Assembly: GCA_030141605.1 (NCBI GenBank)
Contig: JAQGDQ010002490.1
Location: 1 to 18,992, forward strand
Length of the DNA: 18,992 bases
From: Tubiluchus corallicola
Taxonomy: Eukaryota > Animalia > Priapulida
Direction: 5' to 3'
Made by a program: the position numbers and the translations under genes. Positions 1 through 7,940 of this stretch are shown here, piece after piece; position 1 is the stretch's first letter, and each line of letters opens with the position of its first letter. A model generated the notes under the pieces. The model saw nothing but the letters and a program-made list of their open reading frames with translations, had not been told where the DNA came from and ran no database searches.

Positions 1-1401
1 TTTGAGTTTCTCAGCGCAGTAAACTGATCTGTGTTGTCCTCCAGTGCATCCAAAATCTATTTGTAAGTGCTGAAACCCCCTATCCATATACTTTTCTATG
101 CTATTGTCTACTATTTGGAATACTTTTGCCAAAAAACTCGTTGTCTCATTTCGTTCTTGAAAGAACTCTATTGTTTTTTGGTCTAATCCCGTAAGGGTTT
201 TATACTCTTGATATCTACCAGGGTTAGTTAAGTGCCTACAATCAAATACATACCCTCCTCCATCATCATACTTGTTTTCTATAAATCCAGTTCTATATGA
301 AAAGCTGCTAATAGACACATTAATTGGGTGCATGATATTTTTGTATATCTTTTCATGTTTTTTTAATTCTTCAGATTCAAATAGAAGGTTTAATGTATGC
401 AGCAAATGGGGTGTGTGTATAGTTAAGTGTATGTTTTTTAGTAAAGTATGCAACTGTTTCAAAGCGAAAGGAATACTTTGTAGAAATGATGTTTTGTGTT
501 CATGTAGCCCCCTGAATCCATATGCTCCCATTGCTTGCATAATTCTAATCAAAGTATAAGCGTCATAAAGCTGAAGAAATAGTTTTCTGTCAAAAGAAAT
601 ATAATTCTCTAAAACATCCATATAGTAGTTAACCAGATCGCTTTTTACTTCAAAGGGAATGTCTGCCTTTGAGTCAAATAATAGAGAAACTACGTCATAC
701 TGTAATGCGCCTTTTCTTCCGCCTTGATAGTCTATAAAATAGAGCTCATCATCTTTTATCATGATGTTCCTTGACTGAAAGTCTCGATACATGAAATAAT
801 CTTGTTCGGCAGTAAGCAAAAAATCTATCAATGTATTATAGTCGTTTTCAAGTAATTGTTCATCAAAAGGTATTTTAGCAAGTTTTAAAAAGTAATACTT
901 AAAATAGTTTAAATCCCATGCCATAGATTGCCTATCAAAAGCGTGGCGAGGATAGCACTTTGCATAGTTTATATTTTTGCTCGCCGTGATTTGAAATTTG
1001 GGTAGGTATTCTATCACTCTTTTATATATGCTGATGGCAGAAGCAGGAAATACGCCCGCCTTTCTTTTTTGTTTAAGGAAAGAAAACAACGTTTCATCTC
1101 CTAAGTCTGAAAGCAAATAGTGTGTTTTCTTTTTGCTTTCAAAATATATTTCAGGGACGCTTAAGCCTTGTGCTAAAAAATATTTTGTGAAACTTAAAAA
1201 AGCTTCATTTTCTTTGATATCTTCTCCATGACATGCAATGACACTGTTATTAGGGCTTTTTATTCGAAAATATCTACGATATGACCCTGATTGTGGGAGC
1301 TCTTCAATAGATGAAGCTTGTTCATTGAAAGCACTGTGAAATGCTTGCTTAAAGCATTCAAATAAACTTATTTCTGTGCTGTTTTTGGAATGATCAAGCA
1401 T
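1..1401 (-). CDS. AmgK/aminoglycoside-phosphotransferase-like sugar kinase fused to a RapZ C-terminal domain (3' end outside the window)
   Basis: Manually translated and open from ATG (cat at 1399-1401) to the window edge, 467 codons: MLDHSKNSTEISLF...LPQSGSYRRYFRI...VPEIY...LLSDLGD...FMYRDFQSRNIM...FIDYQGG...YDVVSLL (APH/AmgK-type kinase motifs), then SFSY...GGGYVFDCRHLTNPGRY...LTGLD...IDFGCTGGQHRSVYCAE (RapZ C-terminal motifs). Missing from the ORF track because no stop lies in the window. Confidence 0.9.
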   Translation of the reverse strand, partial: MLDHSKNSTEISLFECFKQAFHSAFNEQASSIEELPQSGSYRRYFRIKSPNNSVIACHGEDIKENEAFLSFTKYFLAQGLSVPEIYFESKKKTHYLLSDLGDETLFSFLKQKRKAGVFPASAISIYKRVIEYLPKFQITASKNINYAKCYPRHAFDRQSMAWDLNYFKYYFLKLAKIPFDEQLLENDYNTLIDFLLTAEQDYFMYRDFQSRNIMIKDDELYFIDYQGGRKGALQYDVVSLLFDSKADIPFEVKSDLVNYYMDVLENYISFDRKLFLQLYDAYTLIRIMQAMGAYGFRGLHEHKTSFLQSIPFALKQLHTLLKNIHLTIHTPHLLHTLNLLFESEELKKHEKIYKNIMHPINVSISSFSYRTGFIENKYDDGGGYVFDCRHLTNPGRYQEYKTLTGLDQKTIEFFQERNETTSFLAKVFQIVDNSIEKYMDRGFQHLQIDFGCTGGQHRSVYCAEKLK

Positions 1402-1410
1402 TATTTACTT

Positions 1411-1878
1411 TTAATTTAATATTGGTTTTAATTTTTCTTTGTCGTAATGAATAGATTTTAGTGTTTTATTGTCTTTTTTGCGATAAACTAAATACTTATT
1501 ATTCTTTTTCACATAATATGCATCTGTGTTTTTTTCTTGCCGATAAAACTCTATGGTTTGTTGAGCCTCTTGTTGAGAGTTACAAGCCTTGCTCATATTT
1601 GCTCGATGTACCTCGTCAAATAGAGTTTTAAATTTATCTCCTAAACCAAATACAAGTATTGCTCCTGCAAGCACGTATTGTATGTCGCACAAAGCATCTG
1701 CAACCTCTACCATATCGTTGTTATGTATAGCTGTTTTTAATTCTTCTAATTCCTCTTCCAATAAATCTATTCTGAGGTTAGCCAATGCTTTGGAAGGCAT
1801 TTTGGGGCTGCCTTCAATAGGATGTCCAAACAATTTATGAAACTCTGCTACTTGACTTAGTGCATCTATTTTTTTCAT
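1411..1878 (-). CDS. MazG-like / all-alpha nucleoside triphosphate pyrophosphohydrolase family protein
   Basis: 155 aa with motifs VAEFH, LLEEELEEL...EVADALCDIQYV (EExxE...ExxDxxxD acidic cluster) and FDEVHRANMSK. Only 9 bp separate it from the kinase gene, suggesting co-transcription. Confidence 0.88.
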   Translation of the reverse strand: MKKIDALSQVAEFHKLFGHPIEGSPKMPSKALANLRIDLLEEELEELKTAIHNNDMVEVADALCDIQYVLAGAILVFGLGDKFKTLFDEVHRANMSKACNSQQEAQQTIEFYRQEKNTDAYYVKKNNKYLVYRKKDNKTLKSIHYDKEKLKPILN

Positions 1879-1970
1879 TATTTTTTAATTTTAAACCCTA
1901 CTTTTTATTATTCTATGCTATATTTATAGGAGCTAATTAATAAAAATCATAAGAAATTTGCATAATGTTA

Positions 1971-1978
1971 CAAAAGTA
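1971..1978 (-). promoter_or_regulatory. Candidate Bacteroidota housekeeping -7 promoter element (TACTTTTG) for the minus-strand operon
   Basis: caaaagta on + reads TActTTTG on -, about 93 bp upstream of the ATG at 1878. A second candidate TAgcTTTGC lies at 2025-2033 (-). Confidence 0.45.
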
Positions 1979-1993
1979 ATTTAATTCGCTATA

Positions 1994-2001
1994 TAAATTT
2001 G
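1994..2001 (+). promoter_or_regulatory. Candidate -7 promoter element (TAAATTTG) for the 2075 gene
   Basis: Exact TAnnTTTG match 73 bp upstream of ATG 2075 in the divergent intergenic region. Confidence 0.4.
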
Positions 2002-2074
2002 ATATTAATTGTTGCAAAAGATAAGCAAAGCTACAAATTATATTTAAACATGGCAACCCTTAACTTATAAACTC

Positions 2075-2959
2075 ATGAATATGGTAAGAAAAAACATGCT
2101 TTTTGCGCTTTTGAGTAGCGTTTTTTATTTTATAATTTTGTTAGACGTAAAAGCTCAATCTGGTATTGCTCCTGACTATGCGCCTAATGATAATATCCCG
2201 AGTATGGACGAGAATGAAATACGGCAGATTCTTTATACTTTTGCTGAGGCATATGAAAATTTACCAAATACAAAAGACAAAGAATCAGTATTAAATTTTG
2301 TGTCAGAAAAACTATTGTCTATTGTCATTTTATTAAATACAGACAAGAAAGATGTGCTGTTTACAAATCCATATGAAGTATTTGTTCGATATCTAGATAC
2401 AGTTACAAAAGTAGTAAGCGTAACGTATAAAATAATAGACATTTTAGATGTTTATGTTTATGATAACTATGCCGTAGCATCATGTGTTATTGATAATGAG
2501 CTTGCAGGAGACACTCAATGGGCAAGAAAAAACAAAGAGTTTACCACTTTTACCTTTGAGAGAGGAGAGGATAATCAGTGGAAAATTATTAGCTTTAGTT
2601 CTACAGGAATAATGGAGAGAATAGGAGGAAGTAAAGGCTTGGGAGGCATGACATGCATTACTGAATACATTGCCACTGCTGATGGGTATAAAGCGAAAAC
2701 AGTAGTGACCAACAATAAAGGAGAGGATATAGATGTTTATAGTGCAGACTTTGCCATAATGCCCCAACAGAATAGTACTTTTTTATTTAGAGAAAAAGAT
2801 AGAGGAAAAGAATATTATTGGACTACGGGAAAAGATGTTACTACAATAAATAATGCATCTTTGGGAACTGCTGACCGTGAGAACCAAGCAATAAAGCTTA
2901 TCATAGAAAAAGACATATATGTCAATCACTGTGCCTCTTTTTATGATAAAGCCCCTTAA
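2075..2959 (+). CDS. Secreted hypothetical protein with a probable NTF2/SnoaL-like domain plus an unknown C-terminal domain
   Basis: 294 aa. Signal peptide (RK, hydrophobic stretch, VKA|Q). Pattern EIRQILYTFAEAYE...DVYVYDNYAVASC...TFTFERGEDNQWKIISFSS resembles NTF2-like folds. The start could be any of several Met codons. Confidence 0.6.
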   Translation: MNMVRKNMLFALLSSVFYFIILLDVKAQSGIAPDYAPNDNIPSMDENEIRQILYTFAEAYENLPNTKDKESVLNFVSEKLLSIVILLNTDKKDVLFTNPYEVFVRYLDTVTKVVSVTYKIIDILDVYVYDNYAVASCVIDNELAGDTQWARKNKEFTTFTFERGEDNQWKIISFSSTGIMERIGGSKGLGGMTCITEYIATADGYKAKTVVTNNKGEDIDVYSADFAIMPQQNSTFLFREKDRGKEYYWTTGKDVTTINNASLGTADRENQAIKLIIEKDIYVNHCASFYDKAP

Positions 2960-3047
2960 TTTAAGCAAAATAGGACATCAAACCCCCTTACTACTTATAA
3001 ATATTTATTATTCAAAGTCACTCAATAAATAGAAAATCAAAATATTT

Positions 3048-3081
3048 TCTGCCATACTGTCATATTTTTGTTATCTTTGCA
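3048..3081 (+). promoter_or_regulatory. Bacteroidota housekeeping promoter for the miaB operon
   Basis: TATCTTTGCA at 3072-3081 (TAnnTTTG -7 box), with TCTG at 3048-3051 placed 20 bp upstream as an imperfect -33 box. The -7 box ends about 36 bp before the miaB ATG. Confidence 0.7.
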
Positions 3082-3115
3082 CTATAATTATTCTATTGGT
3101 AATTTAACATTATAG

Positions 3116-4507
3116 ATGAATAAGGCAAATATAGTACAGAAAAAAGTAACTCCCCAATGTGATAATCACCTATTGACGCGTAAACTTTATATTGAAAGTT
3201 ATGGGTGTCAAATGAATGTTGCAGATAGTGAGGTGGTTGCAGCTATTATGCAAGAAGAAGGGTATATTACCACCAATAAAGAAGAAGAAGCTGATATTGT
3301 TTTCATAAACACATGCTCAATACGAGACAAAGCAGAACAAACAATTTGGAAGAGACTAACGGAATTTAAGGCTCGAAAAAAACAAAACCCAAACCTCATT
3401 ATAGCCGTATTAGGCTGCATGGCAGAACGTCTTAAGTCCAAACTGCTTGAAAAAGAAGATATAGTAGATATGGTGATTGGACCAGATGCTTATAGGAAAC
3501 TGCCTGATTGCATAGCAAAAGTAGCCTATGACAATAAACAGGTAAACACTATCTTGTCAAAAGAAGAGACATACTCCGACATAATGCCTGTGAGGCTAAA
3601 CTCTAATAAAGTGACAGCATTTGTAAGCATCATGCGGGGATGCAACAATATGTGTTCTTTTTGTGTAGTACCCTTTACAAGAGGACGTGAAAGAAGCAGA
3701 GATTTGCACTCTATATTAAAAGAAACAGAATTATTGGCGAAACAAGGATATAAAGAAATAACGCTTTTAGGACAAAATGTAGACTCCTATCAATCAACCT
3801 CCAATGGTGAGACAATAAATTTTGCAAAGCTATTAGAAAAAGTGGCACTGGTAGATAAGAATTTAAGAATACGATTCTCAACATCACACCCCAAAGATAT
3901 GACAGATGAGGTGCTACACACCATGAAGCGTTATGATAACATTTGTAAATATATACACTTGCCGGCTCAAAGTGGCAACAACAAAGTATTGAAACAAATG
4001 AATAGAACATATACAACAGAATGGTATATGGAGAGAATAGACGTAATAAGAAATATTTTGGGTGACACCTGCGGTATTTCATCAGATATGATTGCTGGCT
4101 TTTGCGGTGAAACAGAAGAAGAACATCAGGACACCTTGGCTTTAATGGATTATGTAAAATATGACTTTAGCTACATGTTTGTATATTCCGAACGCCCTAA
4201 TACACTTGCACACCGCACATTAAAAGACAATGTTCCTTTGAATATTAAAAAACAACGGTTAAATGAAATAATCGCCAAACAACAACAACACTCATTGGAA
4301 AGAAATCAAAAAGAAATAGGTAAAAAACATATTGTTCTAATAGAAGGAACATCAAAGCGATCACAAGACTTTTTGCAAGGAAGAACATCATCTAACAAAG
4401 TAGTGATTTTCCCTAAGCAAGATTTCAAAAAAGGACAATATATAACAGTATTAATTGAAGACTGTACATCAGCAACATTATTTGGAAAGGAAGCAAAAAA
4501 GGTATAA
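3116..4507 (+). CDS. miaB: tRNA-2-methylthio-N6-dimethylallyladenosine synthase (radical SAM methylthiotransferase)
   Basis: 463 aa. N-terminal MTTase cysteines (SYGCQMN, NTCSIR, LGCMAE), radical [45 protein letters not shown] and a C-terminal TRAM domain. Confidence 0.97.
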   Translation: MNKANIVQKKVTPQCDNHLLTRKLYIESYGCQMNVADSEVVAAIMQEEGYITTNKEEEADIVFINTCSIRDKAEQTIWKRLTEFKARKKQNPNLIIAVLGCMAERLKSKLLEKEDIVDMVIGPDAYRKLPDCIAKVAYDNKQVNTILSKEETYSDIMPVRLNSNKVTAFVSIMRGCNNMCSFCVVPFTRGRERSRDLHSILKETELLAKQGYKEITLLGQNVDSYQSTSNGETINFAKLLEKVALVDKNLRIRFSTSHPKDMTDEVLHTMKRYDNICKYIHLPAQSGNNKVLKQMNRTYTTEWYMERIDVIRNILGDTCGISSDMIAGFCGETEEEHQDTLALMDYVKYDFSYMFVYSERPNTLAHRTLKDNVPLNIKKQRLNEIIAKQQQHSLERNQKEIGKKHIVLIEGTSKRSQDFLQGRTSSNKVVIFPKQDFKKGQYITVLIEDCTSATLFGKEAKKV

Positions 4508-4511
4508 ATAT

Positions 4512-5735
4512 ATGGATTTAGAGAAAATGCAAAGCCTCAAAGCTCGTTTTGGTATTGTTGGAAACTCTTCAGAGCTCAACCACGCTATTAGCATAGCTAT
4601 TCAGGTAGCCCCCACAGATATGACTGTGTTGATAACGGGAGAGAGTGGAAGTGGCAAAGAGTCCTTTTCCAAAATCATACACGCATTAAATTATAGAAAA
4701 CACGGCAAATTTATTGCCGTCAATTGCGGTGCTATCCCAGGGGGGACAATAGATTCTGAGCTTTTTGGGCATGAAAAAGGAGCATTCACAGGAGCACATG
4801 AAACAAGAAAAGGGTATTTTGAAGAAACCAATAAAGGAACAATCTTTTTAGATGAAATAGCAGAGATGCCGTTGAGCACTCAAGCAAGATTGTTGAGAGT
4901 GTTAGAAAACAAAGAATTCATAAAAGTAGGATCATCAAAAGTACAAAAGACAGACGTTAGAGTTGTTGCAGCAACCAATAAAGATTTAATGACTTTGGTG
5001 AAATCAGGTAAATTTCGGCAAGATCTTTATTATAGATTAAATACCGTGCCAATATTTGTACCGCCACTAAGAAAAAGAGGCAATGACATTATATTGCTTT
5101 TTATGAAGTTTGCCAGCGATTTTGTGGATAAATATAAGGTAGAGCCTATACAACTCACAGAAGAAGCAAAAGAAAGACTATTAACATACAGATTTTCAGG
5201 AAATATAAGGCAATTGAAGAATTTAGTAGAGCAAATCTCTGTGTTAGAAATAGATAGAACTATAACATTAGATACACTGTTGAAATATTTACCAGAAGAA
5301 GACAATAGACTTCCAATGTTATCTTTGTCAGAGAATAATAATAGCGAACAACACTCTTTTAGTGATAGAGAAATTCTTTATAAAATATTGTTTGATATGC
5401 GGAAGGATATAGACGATCTGAAAAAAATGATATACGGAGTTGCAGCAACAGCGCAAGAACAAGAGACAGCTTATTCTGGTACCCCAAGTGACTCAAAATA
5501 TTTAAAAACACAACAAAGCAATATGCGCACCTTTGAATTAGATAAAGTAGAAGAGCAAGAAAATTATAATGAGGAAAAAGAAACAGAGTCATTTTCACTC
5601 AATGAAAACGAAAAAGACCTCATTACAAAGGCGTTACAAAAAAATAAAAACAAAAGACGACAAGCAGCAAAAGACTTAGGAATATCTGAAAGAACATTAT
5701 ATAGAAAAATAAAATTTTATAAAATTGGTGAATAA
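4512..5735 (+). CDS. Sigma-54-dependent Fis-family transcriptional activator (AAA+ plus HTH, no N-terminal sensor domain)
   Basis: ATG at 4512, 4 bp after the miaB stop, preferred over the track's start at 4455. Walker A GESGSGKE, ESELFGH-like DSELFGHEKGAFTGA, Walker B IFLDE, RQDLYYRL, GNIRQL and C-terminal HTH AAKDLGISERTLYRKI. Confidence 0.93.
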   Translation: MDLEKMQSLKARFGIVGNSSELNHAISIAIQVAPTDMTVLITGESGSGKESFSKIIHALNYRKHGKFIAVNCGAIPGGTIDSELFGHEKGAFTGAHETRKGYFEETNKGTIFLDEIAEMPLSTQARLLRVLENKEFIKVGSSKVQKTDVRVVAATNKDLMTLVKSGKFRQDLYYRLNTVPIFVPPLRKRGNDIILLFMKFASDFVDKYKVEPIQLTEEAKERLLTYRFSGNIRQLKNLVEQISVLEIDRTITLDTLLKYLPEEDNRLPMLSLSENNNSEQHSFSDREILYKILFDMRKDIDDLKKMIYGVAATAQEQETAYSGTPSDSKYLKTQQSNMRTFELDKVEEQENYNEEKETESFSLNENEKDLITKALQKNKNKRRQAAKDLGISERTLYRKIKFYKIGE

Positions 5736-6240
5736 AATAACTCTTATTATATTGCTTCCAATTTTGATTGGATGCGGAGTATATTCTTTTAAAGGAATAT
5801 CTCTTGACCCTAATGTTAAAACTATTTTTGTAGATAACTTTTATGACCAAAGTGTAGGAGGAAGAGCTGAAATGGCACAAATTTTTACAGACGAGTTGAA
5901 AGACTATTTTCAACAAAATACCAGTTTGTCATTAGTGAATGATGAAGGAGATATACAATTTGAGGGAAGTATTACTAGCTATAGAATAACACCTATAGCA
6001 CCCTCAGCAGGAGTAGATGCCCCTGATGTGGCAAGTAACCAAAGATTGACAATTGGTGTTAAAGTTACATATGTTAATCTTTATGATGAACAGAATAGCT
6101 TTAAAGACAAATCATTTAGTTTCTTTTATGATTTTGACCCAGATCAAGAACCGCTAGAAAGCAACGAAGAAGAATTTATTGAAATTATATTTGAACAAAT
6201 TATAATAGATATCTTTAACCAAACTATGGCTAATTGGTAG
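5728..6240 (+). CDS. lptE: LptE-family LPS-assembly lipoprotein (Bacteroidota type)
   Basis: GTG start at 5728 (track uses TTG 5725) overlapping the activator stop. Lipoprotein signal ...LPILIG|CGVYSF, internal GDIQFEGSITSY and RLTIGVKV, C-terminal IIIDIFNQTMANW. The position between the activator and secG matches the usual Bacteroidota order as I recall it. Confidence 0.78.
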   Translation: MNKITLIILLPILIGCGVYSFKGISLDPNVKTIFVDNFYDQSVGGRAEMAQIFTDELKDYFQQNTSLSLVNDEGDIQFEGSITSYRITPIAPSAGVDAPDVASNQRLTIGVKVTYVNLYDEQNSFKDKSFSFFYDFDPDQEPLESNEEEFIEIIFEQIIIDIFNQTMANW

Positions 6241-6263
6241 AAATATTAGAAATTTAAACCCAG

Positions 6264-7079
6264 ATGAAAAAAGAAGCATTAAGTTTAATTTTAAATTCTC
6301 CCCAAAAAGGGAATAGAAAAATTCTACAAGAGCTAACAACTCTTATAGAAAAATATCCTTATTCACAGCCGTTAATCATTCTTGCTTCTAAAATCTCCAA
6401 TGAAATAAAACACCAAAATTACCGAAAAATACTTCAAAAAGCAGCAATATACTCAACAAACAGATACATATTAGAAAAATATATTGATGAGAAAAAGCCT
6501 CCTCCTCGCTTCCATCCAGCGTTAGCGAAAAATGAAACTATACCCCAACAAATAGATAAAAACCATGCAATAAATACCATTAAAAGTGCCCATGAAAGAT
6601 GGAAGACGCCAAGCAAAGAATATAAAAGATCTATTGACTTGCAGGAATTTTTGCTTAACATCAAGAGAAAAAAAATGTTGCACAAAGAGTGTGTAAGAAA
6701 ACTTGATACAATGAACAAAGAAAAACTTTTAGGAGAGAGCGTGCCTAAATTCTATGACGATCCGTATAGAAAAGAACTAGAACGCCATCAACAACATGAC
6801 AAATCCTCACAGCCCATTAGTGTTCCTCAAAAACAAGCAGTAAATGAAGAAGCAAAGACCGAAAATGTAAAAATCCCCGCTTATAGCTACTATGCGAATG
6901 ATATTCAAGACAGTATGATAGGTACAGCATCGCACAATATTCAGAAAAAAATACCTGTGACAGCCCCAAAACGTACAACGCAAATGCACGATGTGGTTTT
7001 GAGTGACCCTATCCATACAAAACAACAACGTCCTTTGCCTACTCAGGAACAATTTATCACCCAACTATTGGCACACTAA
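6264..7079 (+). CDS. N-terminal part of the TPR-like hypothetical protein
   Basis: 271-aa ORF with a helical N-terminus containing the YPY motif, followed by a low-complexity charged linker. Confidence 0.6.
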   Translation: MKKEALSLILNSPQKGNRKILQELTTLIEKYPYSQPLIILASKISNEIKHQNYRKILQKAAIYSTNRYILEKYIDEKKPPPRFHPALAKNETIPQQIDKNHAINTIKSAHERWKTPSKEYKRSIDLQEFLLNIKRKKMLHKECVRKLDTMNKEKLLGESVPKFYDDPYRKELERHQQHDKSSQPISVPQKQAVNEEAKTENVKIPAYSYYANDIQDSMIGTASHNIQKKIPVTAPKRTTQMHDVVLSDPIHTKQQRPLPTQEQFITQLLAH

Positions 7080-7096
7080 CTGATGAAAAAATACCA

Positions 7097-7402
7097 TTGA
7101 CGAAAAATACAGAAAAAAATAAAATAGATCAACTCATAGATAGGCACCGTGACTTTAAAAAAGTAGATAAGCCATATTTAGCTCCGCAATATATGCCAAT
7201 AGAGCGCCCATCGGTAGATATGTCTAGTAACAGTGTGTTGTTAGAAGACGATATAATAAGTGAAAATTTTGCAGAATTGTCTACAAAACAAGGCAGAATA
7301 AATAAGGCAATAGAAATTTATAAGAAATTAATTTTGAAATTTCCTGAAAAAAAAGAGAAATTTGCAGAAAAAATTAAATCATTAGAAGCATTAAAATCAT
7401 AA
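7097..7402 (+). CDS. C-terminal TPR-containing part of the same hypothetical protein
   Basis: 101 aa from a weak TTG start; the frame is open upstream to 7007. Contains one TPR-like helix pair (FAELSTKQGRINKAIEIYKKLILKFP). Confidence 0.55.
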   Translation: MTKNTEKNKIDQLIDRHRDFKKVDKPYLAPQYMPIERPSVDMSSNSVLLEDDIISENFAELSTKQGRINKAIEIYKKLILKFPEKKEKFAEKIKSLEALKS

Positions 7403-7406
7403 AAAT

Positions 7407-7754
7407 ATGTTTTTATTTATAGTAACACTATTAATCATTGTAGCACTTTTATTAGTGTTAGTAATATTAGCGCAAAATCCAAAAGGAAAAGGACTTTCCG
7501 GGCAGTTTGGAGGAAGTGCTTCTCAAATTATGGGAGTAAAAAGAGCAAGTGATTTCCTTGAAAAAGTTACATGGGGATTAGCCATTCTTATATTTCTATT
7601 AAGTATGTTGTTAACCTATTTGGCAAGCCAAAGAAACCTATCTGAAGAAGGCAGCTCTGTTATTGATAAAGTAGATGAAATTCCAGCGTCCCCAACATTT
7701 CCACAAGAGCAAATGCAAAACGTTATAGACTCTACACCAAACTCATCAGAATAA
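7407..7754 (+). CDS. secG: Preprotein translocase subunit SecG
   Basis: Two hydrophobic segments flanking LAQNPKGKGLSGQFGG...MGVKRASDFLEKVTW, with the polar C-terminal tail usual in Bacteroidota. Confidence 0.95.
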   Translation: MFLFIVTLLIIVALLLVLVILAQNPKGKGLSGQFGGSASQIMGVKRASDFLEKVTWGLAILIFLLSMLLTYLASQRNLSEEGSSVIDKVDEIPASPTFPQEQMQNVIDSTPNSSE

Positions 7755-7841
7755 TTTTGTCTTTATTTTAAAAGAAATGCCATTGCTTATTAAAATAAAA
7801 TGAAAAAAAGCAGACACGCCTTTTTTGTTTTATTTATGTAA

Positions 7842-7913
7842 ATATGTCATGCTAGAAAACTCAAAAGCAAAACAAAAAGAATATATGTCAGAGCAAGTGT
7901 GACAAAAAGACAT
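7842..7913. promoter_or_regulatory. Putative transcription-factor sites upstream of groES (TGTCA-N9-TGACA plus a repeated ATATGTCA)
   Basis: TGTCA 7886-7890 and TGACA 7900-7904 form an inverted repeat. ATATGTCA occurs at both 7842-7849 and 7883-7890. An extra GACAT half-site lies at 7909-7913. Confidence 0.55.
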
Positions 7914-7923
7914 AAAATAAAAG

Positions 7924-7940
7924 TTGGCATAGAAAATGAA
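7924..7940 (+). promoter_or_regulatory. Putative sigma-54 (-24/-12) promoter of groESL
   Basis: TTGGCATAGAAAATGAA: GG(7926-7927)-N10-GA(7938-7939). The -24 box (TTGGCA) is good; the -12 box is degenerate (ATGA versus TTGC). It lies about 63 bp before the groES ATG. Confidence 0.5.

Larger units (their letters stand above)
6264..7402 (+). pseudogene. Conserved TPR-like hypothetical gene between lptE and secG, interrupted by a single frameshift (or a sequence error)
   Basis: The N-terminal family motif LIEKYPYSQ...LQKAAIYSTNR is in ORF 6264-7079. The C-terminal motif ISENFAELSTKQGRINKAIEIYKKLILKFPEK is in the -1 frame, which is open 7007-7402. One extra base between 7007 and 7077 gives a single 379-aa protein. 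Confidence 0.65.

Noticed and set aside
272-559. 95-aa Cys-rich plus-strand ORF
   Set aside because: Antisense shadow of the kinase-RapZ gene, which has clear motifs. It has a TTG start and no recognisable family.
7762-7826. AT-rich inverted repeats after secG (TTTATTTTAA/TTAAAATAAA; AAAAAAAGC/GCCTTTTTT) as a terminator or ncRNA
   Set aside because: The stems are almost all A-T or have only 2-3 GC pairs, too weak to call.
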